From NCBI RefSeq assembly GCF_004010195.1, contig NC_057751.1, forward strand, positions 16,803,233 through 16,854,164: DNA of 50,932 bases, written 5' to 3'. Source of the stretch: Chiloscyllium plagiosum (lineage: Eukaryota). Positions 32,035-44,200 of the stretch are shown here, piece by piece; within the stretch, counting starts at the first letter, position 1, and every line of letters starts with the position of its first letter. The notes beneath the pieces are model-generated. The model saw nothing but the letters and a program-made list of their open reading frames with translations. It was not told the DNA's origin and ran no database searches. The translations under genes were made by a program, and so were the position numbers.

Positions 32035-32862
32035 CAGGGGTAAAGTTTGAGAATGAGAGCACGTCACCCCCTGGTAAGTGGGAACTGATTGGGGAGTGGA
32101 ACTGGAAGCACACAGCGATATTTGAAGCAAAATCTGACTGCACCTTGTAAACTGGAAATGTCTGGAAAGTGTGGATCGATCGCCGGAATGTCACAGTGCG
32201 TTGTACACTGTCCAGACATACCTGCAACTGCTGTATTACTGACACTTACAGGTTCGCAATAGCACCTTGGCTCGCTCTGAAACAGGGTGACATTGCTACG
32301 TTATTTTCTTGTTGAATGAGTCTTGTGTCAAGGAATGCTGTACACTCCGTCTGCAAGAGTGACTGACCGATTTTATCATCTTTCGCTTGTGGCTCCCTGG
32401 CCGAATTATTCCCACAGGACATTACGAGTCTCAACGTGCCCTTGTTCCTTTTCCCTTTGTTTTGCTCTTCCACGTTCCTCTGCTGTGGAGCTCCGAGTTG
32501 AAAGCCACTTCCCAGTTTTGTTTCAGATGAGGAACGGTACAAAAACTTGTTAAAACTAGCTGTCATGTTGTACGGAACAAAGGTGAAGCATCATTTGACA
32601 AACACCCTTTTGGAATATTAATCTCAGGATTCAGTTTTATTCAGATTAAAGTTTGAAATAATTTCTCTTTGGCTGGTACTTTTGTTTTTACCCAAAGGAC
32701 TACAACACTTCACTTTCCCTCGTTAACTACTGTGCCTCTCTTAGGGTCATTAAAGTTTCAACTGGAAAATCTGTGTTTGGCATCAGGCAACCAGTGTTTG
32801 TGTTGTCGGTTTTGGAGAATTCCCGTGTGGGTGGTCGAGACACTGTCATCAGCCTGAGATCA

Positions 32863-33440
32863 TGGGCGGCACGGTAGCTCAGTGGTTAGCACTGCTGCCT
32901 CACAGCACCAGGGACCCAGGTTCGATTCCAGCCTCGGGCGACTGACTGTGTGGGAGTTTGCACATACTACCTGTGTCTGCGTGGGTTTCCTCCAGGTGCT
33001 CTGGTTTCCTCCCACAGTCCAAAGATATGCAGGTTAGGGTGGATTGGCTATGCTAAATTACCCATAATGCCCAGGGATGTGCAGGTTAGGGTGGATTGGC
33101 CATGCTAAATTACCCATAGTGCCCAGTGATATGCAGGTTGGGGTGGATTGGCCGTGCTAAATTACCCCACAGTGTTCAGGGATGTGCAGGTTAGGGTGGA
33201 TTGGCTGTGCTAAATTACCCATAGTGCTCAAGGATGTGCAGTTTAAGGTGGATGGGCCATGCTAAATTACCCATAGTGCTCAGGGATGTGCAGTTTAAGG
33301 TGGATGGGCCATGCTAGGTTACCCACAGTGTTAGGTGCATTAGTCAGAGAGAATTGGATCTGGGTGGGTTACTCTTCGGAGGGTAGGTGTGGACTGGTTG
33401 GGCTGAAGGGCCTGTTTCCACACTGTCGGCAATCTAATTT
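32863..33440 (+). mobile_element. V-SINE with about 6 internal 52-bp repeats
   Basis: Head, core, array, tail. Confidence 0.85.
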
Positions 33441-34134
33441 GTTCCCCCACTGCAGGTAACACGGGATACTATTGATACATAGAACTTTCAGGAGCAAAGA
33501 ACGGTTCAATCTCTTCTGTCAATGCCACCGTGGCTCTGATCTCGCCCTCAAATGCTCAATGGGCCAATCAAATTGAAGTGAAAACGAGATAAAGCCAGGC
33601 TTGAGGTTTCGAGGATGCTCGTTGGCAAGAGGAAGTGTGGGAACCAATCTGAGAAAAAGGCGTGGGAGTGACCTCAAGGCCAGGGACCAGTATTCCCTCC
33701 CGGAAACATCTACCAAGTGTATACTTGGGGGTGCAGCTTCAGGGTCAGAGCCATCAGCCACATAAAGACCCACAGAAGTCTTGAGCCGTGGCATGGAGTT
33801 TCCTGGATGGACAATTGTACTCGTTAACAAGTGATTGTCAATGAGGAGAAAACGGGTCATTTGATTATATAAACTGCTGGGAGCAGCTCTGAAGGGGTTC
33901 AACGCGTTCATAATCCTCCTGCTTAATGGGTATTAACAATAAGCAATGACAGCTCGCTGCTGTTCACTCAGAGGCTGTCTCTCGACTGTGGAAGGAGAGG
34001 GCATTCATTTTAGTATCTGGTCTCATCCAAGGTTAAGTGAAGGAAATGTCGACTCCCAGGCTGCGTAGCAAGGTATCACACAGAATAACGGAAAGCCACG
34101 TCAACAAACCACATCAATTTGCAAAGTGGTATGT

Positions 34135-34653
34135 TAGTAAAAAAAAAAGCGTTTATTAAGCAAGCAAATCAAGGTTTTAAAGCGCATTTTTAAGGTCAAC
34201 TTGTAATCAGCTCCAGAGGACAAAGGGAGGAGTAATGAGAGGTGTTGAATTCAGATTGACGTCGATCAGATCGAATCCTGTCACATCGATCAGATCGAAT
34301 CCTGTCACATCGATCAGATCGAATCCTGTCACCATGGCCTTTTTCTTCTGTTGTGAAAGCTGCATTATTTCCCCCCCCCCGGCTGCGTTGAATCAACAAA
34401 CTTGTGTAGGTCCTAACAGTGTTGTTGTCTTGGCAACATCTAGTAGCTAAGTTGGCGGAAATCATTGACAGTAGCGATTGGAAGAAGGAAGACCTAAACT
34501 GACAGTGCCTCGTCAGACCTCCAGCTCGAATTTGGAATCATTCTGAGACAATGAACTGCTTCTCTAAGCTGCGCCGATTGTCATGGAGGCAAACAGGGCT
34601 TCGGCTGAATGCTAAAACTCTCTCATTCTCCCTCCACTCTCATTCTCAAACAC
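34135..34653 (-). other. Probable non-coding terminal exon (3'UTR) of the SFTPB-like gene
   Basis: Acceptor ttgctgcag| at 34654 on -, AATAAA on - at 34152-34157. A donor GTAAGT lies 1 nt after the stop of the upstream exon. Confidence 0.55.
34262..34332. repeat. 24-bp tandem repeat, 3 copies
   Basis: Unit TCGATCAGATCGAATCCTGTCACA. Confidence 0.85.
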
Positions 34654-35200
34654 CTGCAGCAAACCGTAAGAGTTTGAAATATTTCGACTTGAAACATTGA
34701 CTGTTTTGCCCCTCTCTCTCCACAAATGCTCACAGACCTGCTGAGTCGCTCCCAGCATTCAGAGAGAGTGCGCGCTGATCTGGAATTAAATTTCTAAGCA
34801 ATGCAAGAGGATTTTTTTTTTCCCCAATATAAATTTGCGGGCTGGCCTTCAGTTCATGTCCTGCCTCTCTCACCGTTCGACAGTCTGAAAAAAAAAAAAT
34901 CACAAAGCCAAAATACTGAATTGTTCTCTTGTTCCTGAAGGTTGACATTCACTAACCATCGCTTTCTAAAGATTTCATCCTCCCTTTTCAACCTCAGTGC
35001 CTTTCACTAAATGGCAAGGCACAACTTTCAAAAAATAAAGCATAGATGAGAGTTGGTATTCAAAGTGGAACCATTAGTAGCTACGGCTGCTTCCCCATCA
35101 TCCCCTCCCCCCAGCCCCGACCCACTCATAACCCCAAATGGTGAGTACCACACTGTCTATAAATCTTTACCCCTGTACAGACGCTGATATCATACTTACT

Positions 35201-35263
35201 TTATACTGGTTGGCGGATTCTGTCGAAATGCGCGTCCACTTTCCTCGTGCAGATGTGCAGAGC
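35201..35263 (-). CDS. SFTPB: SFTPB-like last coding exon
   Basis: ALHICTRKVDAHFDRIRQPV*; cag| ... TAA a|gtaagt. Confidence 0.8.
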   Translation of the reverse strand, partial: ALHICTRKVDAHFDRIRQPV

Positions 35264-38200
35264 CTGTCCGTAAATACAGAAGGGTACCGTTTGAGGCTCA
35301 TTCCTGAGTGAACACAAGTCTACACGACTGACAGCCGGACCGCAAAAGCAGGCCCTTTCCCACTGTAACCACAAGAGTCCCCTGGCGGCAGTGCCCGGAC
35401 CTCTGGGCCAGGCGACGTGGGTTCGCTATCCTGACCAAGAGGACGCTCTGGACGTGCGCCGGGTATTTGATTGCAAGGGAACACAGGAGGTGGCCATTCG
35501 GGCCAGCCAGTGTGCCTGTACTATGTGAATGATTAGATCGCCCTCTCTCTGAGGTACACCACTCAACGAATGCTAACTTCGAGATACTCACCCCACACAG
35601 ATCGTAATCCTCGGGATACTCCGGAACAGTGGTCAGCAGAGGGACGTGGGTGTAGACAAATTCTTCGCACTGTAAGGAACCAATCAAAAATAAAGAAAAT
35701 GGGCTGATTACCTTCTCGTATAAAGAAGGGGGTTTCATTGGCGTGGTGGTCTTCCTGTCTGGATTGTTCACACAGTGGTGATCAAACAAAACTAGGGGAA
35801 AAAGCTCAAAGGAATCATGCAGCGCCAAAGAGGCCCTTTGGCCCATCAAGCCTGTAACTGGCCAAAGCTACTAACTCGACACTAGTCCCACTCCCCCACC
35901 CCCCCCCCCCGGTAGGCCCCACAGCTTCGAATGTTAGGACGTTCCGACTGCTCATCCAAATACTTTATGAAAAGGTTGTGAGGTGTCCTGCCTCATTTAA
36001 CCCTGCCAGGCAGTGCATTCTAGATCCTCACCACCTTTTGGGTGAAAATTACCTCAAATCCTCTTGCCTCCCACCCTCCCTTGTTACTGTTTCTCCAGCT
36101 TCTCTTCATCGTTAACCTGCTCCGTCCCGGGCACTATCCTGGTGAATCTTCTCTCCGCCCCAGCCTCCACTACAACTTCCTAGAGTGTGGGAAGCCAGCA
36201 CACACTGTGGCCGAACCAAAGACTTGAGGACCTCCAACGTAACTTGCCTGCTCTTCTAACCTACACCACGACTGACAAAGGTCCTGTACGCTGCCTGAAC
36301 CGCTCTTACCCGAAGATCCTTTGAAATTCAGTCTCCTGTTGATTTGAGCAATTCCTCGTTTGTTCTTGACAAAGTGCATCGCTCCTCTGCTTTGGGCTGC
36401 ACTTCAGTCCCACGCTCCTGATCTTCGGGCGCCCGGTACGGAGGAGGGAGGGCAGGTCTGAAGACCTCCTCGTGGGTCTGCTCCTGGGCCTGGCCAAACT
36501 GGCCATCAACAGGTCCAGGCGGCGGGCCGTGGAGGGTGTCGTTAGGGCCGACTGCCTGCCCCTCTTCCTTTAGGGCCCGGGTGTCCTTGCAGAAGGAGCA
36601 CGCGGTGTCGACCAACACCCTGGAGTTGTTCAGGGAGAGGTGGGCGCCACAGGGAGTGGAGTGCATCATGTCTCCCTCCAACTCCAGTTTGATTTAGTCC
36701 CTACCCTCCCCTGCACAGTTTTGATCACACAGCACTGCCCTTCGATGTGAAGGGCAGTGTTTGTCACTGGCCACTCGGGTGTTTTCATATCTTCCTGTTG
36801 GTGGAATTTGAATAAAGATTCGTGCACCTTGTGTCTCACACACACACCATGGGTGCTGGGGAAAAATTAAGCACTACCGCAGTTAGGCGGTAGTGTGGGG
36901 GGGGGGGGTTTAAAAAAAAATAAAAAGCTTCAACTCCTTGACTGGCCACTCGGGAAGAAAAAAAAATATAACCAGGAGATTGGAGTGCATTACTTCCCAC
37001 TCCAACTCTATTTTGATTTAGTCCCTGCCCTCCCCTTGAAAAGAAAATAAAACTAAGTGCATCGCCTCAGACTTACCAGTGTTCAATTCCATCTGCCACT
37101 GACCTGACCAGCCTGTCCACATCTTCCTGGTGTGACCCAGCACTGATCACTGCCTCCTACCCCTAAGTCAATTTTGGATCCAACTTGCCAAGTTACGCTG
37201 GATCTCAAAAGAGCTTTTGCCTTCCTTATCAGTCTCTCACACATGACTTTGTTAAAGGCTTACTTGGAATTCATGTAAACTATATCAACTGTACTCGCAC
37301 CATCCTGGGGTTTACCGTTGACCGGAAACTCAACTGGGACTCGCCACATAAACACATAGGGGTAACAAGAGCAGGTCAGAGGCTGGGAATCCTGCAGCGA
37401 GTCACTCCCCTCCTGACTCCGCCCCACAAAGCCTGTCCCCCACCATCGACAAGGCCCAAGTCAGGAGGGGGGTGAGGGAATACTACCCCCTTGCCCTGGA
37501 TGGGGGAGGAGGAGGGGTGGGGGCAGCTCTAACCACACTCGAGAACCATCCAGGGGCAAACTGTCCCCACAACCCCCCACGCCCCACCCCCCCCGACGCT
37601 CAGTAGCAGCAGTGTTCACCATCTACAAGACGCACTGCAGCAACTCCCCCAGGCTCCTCAGACAGCACTTTACAAAACCCACAGCCACTTCCATCTCGAA
37701 GGATAAAGGCAGCAGTGAAAACTACCCCCTGCAAGCTCCCCTCTGAGCCACTTGCCCTCCCTGACTTGGAAATATCACTGTTCCTTCATTGTCACTGGGT
37801 CTAAATAGAGCGTATGATGTTGGAGCACAAGGAGGTGGTTTGTCCCTTCAAGCTTGCTCTGCCAGTGAGATTGTGGCTGATCTGACCAACCCCCCAAACT
37901 CCACTCTTCTGCCCTTTTCCCCATTACACTTGACTCCCATTCCGGCTTCAAAACCTGCCTACCTCAGCCTCGGACCCACCTTCTGCGGTACAGACTTCCA
38001 CAGGCTCGCAGCTCAGCAGAGGGCAGAATTTGACACCCAGATTCTTCCCCACGAGGGGGGTGGCAACCTCTCACCATCTGCCCCCCCTGCCGACGTCCCT
38101 CCGAGGATCGTGCACCTTTCGATACGGTCGCCTCTCGTGCTTCGAAACGAGCGCAAGCCCCGAACTACCCGACCTCTCCCCGGGACCAGCCGAGTGAACC

Positions 38201-41200
38201 TTCTCTGGACTGCCTGTGGTGCCAATGTATCTTCCCAAAAGCTAGTCACATCCTGCAGTCGTGGTCTGACTCCTGCCTTGCATAGGCCATGCCCATTTTC
38301 CCCAGTTTTGTTCGAAATCAGGCCAACATTGCCTGTTACCTGCTGAACCGGGGTGTACAAATCATGGAGGAGGACTCCCGGGATCCTGTGCTACAGTTTT
38401 CTGCAGCCTCCTATTTTCAAGTAATACTTAGCGCACTTTATTCTTGCTGCCGAATCGTCACTTTCTCCCACGTAACGTTCTGATTAGATTAGATTAGATT
38501 AGATTAGATTACTTACAGTGTGGAAACAGGCCCTTCGGCCCAACAAGTCCACACCTACCCGCCGAAGCGCAACCCACCCATACCCCTACATTTACCCCTT
38601 ACCTAACACTACGGGCAATTTAGCATGGCCAATTAACCTGACCCTGCACATCTTTGGACTGTGGGAGGAAACCGGAGCACCCGGAGGAAACCCACGCAGA
38701 CACGGGGAGAACGTGCAAACTCCACACAGTCAATCGCCTGAGTCGGGAATTGAACCCGGGTCTCCGGCGCTGTGAGGCAGCAGTGCTAACCACTGTGCCA
38801 CCGTGCCGCCCACAAACTGCCGAGTTTTTGTCTGTTTGCCACCTCAGCCTTGAACCCACCTTCTGTGATACGGAATTTCACGGCCTCGCAGCTCAGCCTG
38901 TCGCCGCCTAGTGTCGGAATTGGGAACCTTACCGTGAGTCCAGAGTGGCTTTAAAGGTGGTTTACCACCACTTTCTCAAAGGCAGTTCAGAATTGGCAAT
39001 AAACGCTAGCGTGGCCAGCGCTGCACATGTCCCCTTCCATGATTTGGGTTTAAAAATAAGCCCGGCTTTTGAAACTGGAAGGCGTGTAACTGCAAATTGA
39101 CTTCCTGAATGTTTAACTGGTTTTAGAAAGTTCGCCGTCACCACAGTTTCACTTCCTTCTTTCAGTTCACTTTCATTCAGTTGTGACTGAAAAAGAAACG
39201 GTGGGGGGGGGGGGGGAGGGGGGGCTAGACAATGTGTGAGTCTCCGTTCACATCTGCTGCTGTGTCCAGCGTTGAGGGTGGCTGAGTGCACTTTGTCCCT
39301 TTTCGTGATTTGTAGGAGCGTCGCTCCGAAAGCTAGTGTGCTTCCAATTAAACCTGTTGGGCTGGTGTTGCGGGAGTTTTAACTTTGCTTGCCCCCTTTT
39401 CTGTACCGCTGATGCCATCGCACAACAGGAGGTTGATAGGATAAAGCATTTCATTGCGCCATCCACGTCCTATGCGGGGGTCAGAGTTCATCGGCAGCCA
39501 TGATTGATCAGTCCTCAAGAGTGAACCAACTCAACAGCCCTCTCCTCCACAGCTCTAACTCAGAAAGGGCGGGATTCCGCATGGCGCCCCAGAATGAGTC
39601 ACATTTCAACAAAGGCCACCTTTCTGTCATTTGCGAAATCCTGAGGCTGGTGATTCACCTTATACTCCTTTTCAGGGTTATCCAAAGTGGTTATCCACTT
39701 TGGGGGCAAGAACAGGAAGGCAGATTACTACCTAAATGGAGTCAAGTTGGGTAAAGGGGCAGTACAGAGAGATCTGGGTGTTCTTGTACACCAGTCAATG
39801 AAGGTAAGCATGCAGGTACAGCAGGTAGTGAAGAAAGCTAATGGCATGCTGGCCTTCATAACAAGAGGAATTGAGTATAGAAGCAAAGAGGCCCGTCTGC
39901 AGCTGTACAGGGCCCTGGTGAGACCGCACCTGGAGTATTATGTGCAGTTTTGGTCCCCAAATTTGAGGAAAGACATTCTGGCTATTGAGGGAGTGCAGCG
40001 TAGGTTCACGAGGTCAATGCCGTGAAAGGCGGGACTATCATATGTTGAAAGATTGGAGTGACTGGGCTTGTATACCCTTGAGTTTAGAAGCCTGAGAGGG
40101 GATCTGATTGAGACGTATAAGATTATTAAAGGATAGGACACACTGGAGGCAGGAAACATGTTTCTGCTGATGGGTGAGTGCCGAACCACAGAGTCATAGA
40201 GATGTACAGCACGGAAACAGACCCTTCGGCCCAACTCAATCTAGTCCCACCTGCCAGCACCCGGCCCATATCCCTCCAAACCCTTCCTATTCATATACCC
40301 ATCCAAATGCCTCTTAAATGTTGCAATTGTACCAGCCTCCACCACTTCCTCTGACAGCTCATTCCACACACGTACCACCCTCTGTGTGAACACAGTTTAA
40401 AATTAAGGGGGAGGCCATTTAGAATAGAATGGAGGAGAAACGTCTTCACCCAGAGAGTGGTAGCTGTGTGGAATGCTCTGCCCCAGAGGGCTGTGGAGGC
40501 CCAGTCTCTGGATTCATTTCAGAAAGAGTTGGATAGAGCTCTCAAGGAGAGTGGAGTCCAGGGTTACGGGGATAAGGCAGGAACAGGATACTGATTGTAA
40601 TGAATAGTGGTGCTGGCTCGAAGGGCCCACTCCTGCACCTATTGAACTCACCACAAAATTCGAGATGTCCGAAAACGGGTTGCAGGCTTCCCGCAGCACG
40701 AGGTCTGTTCTTGTGCCTTTGGTCTGAGCTACCTTGAACTGACGGGCGACCTCCTCACACATATCACAGGACACGATAGGCAGGGCTGTATTGTGAGGAA
40801 GTGGGAGAGATTCCGATTAAACAGTTGTGACGAGGTGAGCGACAGTAAATGGATGCTTTACACGCTTCAGCCTGGATCTGAGGTGGGGCATCATGCTGAG
40901 AAACGAGACAGTGCCAAGTAGGCTTCTGCTGCTGTGCATTCGGCATGAGGGAATTGTTAGACTCAGAGAGCTGTCCAGGACGGAAACCGACCCTTCGGCC
41001 CAACTCGTCCATGCCAACCCAGACGTCCTAACCTAATCTAGTCCCACTTGCCAGCGCTTGGCCCATATCCCTCTAAACCCTTGTCCCCATCCAGATGCCT
41101 TTAAAATGCTGTCATTGTACCAGCCTCCACCACATCCTCTGGCAGCTCATTCCATACACGCACCACCCTCTGCGTGAAAGAATTGCCACTCAGATCCCTT

Positions 41201-44200
41201 TATCAATCTTTCCCCTCTCACCTTAAAACTATGTCCTCCAGTTTTGGACTCCTGTACCCCGGGGAAAAAAAAGACCTTGTCTAGTTACCCTATCCATGCC
41301 CCCTCATGATTTTATAAACCTCTATCAGGTCACCCCTCAGCCTCCGACACTCCAGAGAAAACAGCCCCGGCCTGTTCAGCTCTCCCTGTAGCTCAATCCT
41401 GACAACGTCCTTGTAAATCTTTTCTTTCGAGTTTCATAACATCCTTCCGATAGGAAGGAGATCAGAATTGACGATTCCAAAAGTGGTCTCACCAATGCCC
41501 TGTACAGCCGCGACATGACACCCCAACTCCTGCACTCTGTGCGCTGACCAATAGGCATGTTAGATTAGATTAGATTAGATTACTTACAGTGTGGAAACAG
41601 GCCCTTCGGCCCAACAAGTNNNNNNNNNNNNNNNNNNNNNNNNNNNNNNNNNNNNNNNNNNNNNNNNNNNNNNNNNNNNNNNNNNNNNNNNNNNNNNNNN
41701 NNNNNNNNNNNNNNNNNGCATGGCCAATTCACCCTAACCTTCACATCCCTGAGCACTATGGGTAATTTAGCATGGCCAATTCGCCCTAACCTGCACATCT
41801 CTGAGCACTATGGGTAATTTAGCATGGCCAATTCACCTGACCTGCACATTTTTGGAGTGTGGGAGGAAACCGGAGCACCCGGAGGAAACCCCACGCAGAC
41901 ACGGGGAGAATGTGCAAACTCCACACAGACAGTCACCTGAGTCGGGAATTGAACCCGGGTCTCTGGCGCTGTGAGGCAGCAGTGCTAACCACTGTGCCAC
42001 CGTGCCGCCCACTAACCACCGTGCCGCCCACGCTTTCTTCACCACCCTGTCTACCTGGGACTCCACTTCCAAAGAACTATGCACGTGCACCCCCAGGTCT
42101 CTTTGTTCACCAACACTCCCCAGAGCCCTACCATGTTCAGTGGCTCCAATGACCATTCCTAAATCTGTCGCCAAAACCTGGTTTTAAAGCTGTTGTGCCA
42201 TTCAAAAACGTAATAAGAGTCAGCTCCAGTTGAGGCTAGGTAAAAACAAGGACTGCAGATGCTGGAAACCAGAGTCTAGATGAGAGTGGTGCTGGAAAAG
42301 CACAGCAGGTCAGGCAGCATCTGAGGAGCAGCAAAATCGACGTTTCGGGCAAAAGCCCTTCATCAGGAATACAGGCAGAGAGCCTGAAGGGTGGAGAGAT
42401 AAATGAGAGGAGGGTGGGGATGGGGAGAAAGTAGCATAGAGTACAATAGGTGAGTGGGGGAGGGGATGAAGGTGATAGGTCAGNNNNNNNNNNNNNGAAC
42501 TGGGGTGAGGTGGGGGAAGGGGAAATGAGGGAGCTGTTGAAGTCCACATTGATGCCCTGGGGTTGAAGTGTTCCGAGGCGGAAGATGAGGCGTTCTTCCT
42601 CCAGGCGTCTGGTGGTGAGGGAGCGGCAGTGAAGGAGGCCCAGGACCTCCATGTCCTCGGCAGAGTGGGAGGGGGGAGTTGAAATGTTGGGCCACGGGGC
42701 GGTGTGGTTGATTGGTGCGGGTGTCCCGGATATGTTCCCTAAAGATATGGAGGCATTCCTTCAGGCTCTCTGCCTGTATTCCTGACGAAGTGCTTTTGCC
42801 CGAAACGTCGATTTTTCCTGCTCCTCGGATGCTGCCTGAACTTCTGTGCTTTTCCAGCACCGCTCTCATCTAGACTCCAGTTGAGGCTGTCAGAGGTAGA
42901 ACTGGATATCCCCAACTCATCCCCCACCCACAGCTTTCCAAAGACTCTCAAACCTCTGAGAGAGGAAATTCCTCCTCAGTTGGCACCCCTTTTTATTCAG
43001 AGAGTGTGCCCACAGTCCCCATGAATGGAAGAACTCGGAGTAGGCCATTCAGCCCTTCGAGCCTGCCCTGACAACCATTAGGATCATGGCTACACTTTCC
43101 CATGGACTCAGCTCCAGTTCCCCGCGTTGGCACCATATCCCTCAATTCCTTTATTTTTCAAAAAGGTATCTACCTTAGCTTCACTGAAGTAGCGTCAACA
43201 GCTTTCCTGGGCAAGGAATTCCATAGATTAACAACCGTCTGAGGTGAAGACGTTCCTCCTCAGTTCAGTTTTAAACCTGCTTCCTCTAATCTTGAACATA
43301 CAGCGCAGAACATGCCCTTCGGCCCTCGATGCTGCGCCGACCTGTGAACTAATCGAAGCCCATCCTCCCGTCATCATCCATGTGCTTACCCAAGGACTGT
43401 TTCAATCTCCCTGATGTGGCCGGGTTAACTACATTAGCAGGCAGGGCAGTCCCCGCCCTTACCACTCTCTCAGTAAAGGAACCTGCCTCTGACCTCTGTC
43501 TTAAATCTGTCGCCCCTTAATTTGTAGCTAAGGCCCCTTGCACAAGCTGACGTCGTCATCCGAGGGAAAAGACTTTCACTGACTACCCTATCTAATCCTC
43601 TGATCATCTTATCTGTCTCTTGTCCTGGTCTTACCTACCTGTGGAAACATCCTATCTATTTCTATTGCTTTGGTTCCCTGTGAAGGGGGTAACAGCATTG
43701 AACCTGCCTAATACCTATCATTCTTTTAAACTCCAGGGAGTTTATACTTTAATCGTTCCGGGGTTTTTTTTTTAAAAAAGGAGTGTCTCCTACTCTAGAT
43801 GAAAAGAGATAGAAATTCCACTTGGACTAACATGGTCAATCATTTAGAGATATAGAGATGTACAGCACGGAAACAGACCCTTCGGTCCAACCCGTCCATG
43901 CTGACCCAGATATCCCAACCCAATCTAGTCCCACCTGCCAGCACCCGGCCCATATCCCTCCATACCCTTCCTATCCATATACCCATCCAAATGCTTCTTA
44001 AATGCTGCCATTGTACCAGCCTCCACCACTTCCTCTGGCAGCTCATTTCACACACGTACCACCCTCTGTGTGAAAACATTGCCCCTTAAGTCCCTTTTAT
44101 AGCTTTCCCCTCTCACCCTAAACCTATGCCCCTCTAGTTCTGGACTCCCCCAAGGGAAGAGACTTTACCTATTTATCCGATCCATGCTCCCTCATGATAG

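Larger units (their letters stand above)
42238..42878 (-). mobile_element. 5'-truncated Penelope-like element: GIY-YIG endonuclease C-terminus with pLTR and inverted pLTR
   Basis: FREHIRDTRTNQPHRPVAQHFNS...MEVLGLLHCRSLTTRRLEEERLIFRLGTLQPQGINVDF; ~42272-42390 is inverted at ~42759-42877. Confidence 0.85.

Noticed and set aside
33519..33911. 130-aa minus-strand ORF between USP39 and the SFTPB-like gene
   Set aside because: No recognisable domain or splice context; probably a chance ORF.
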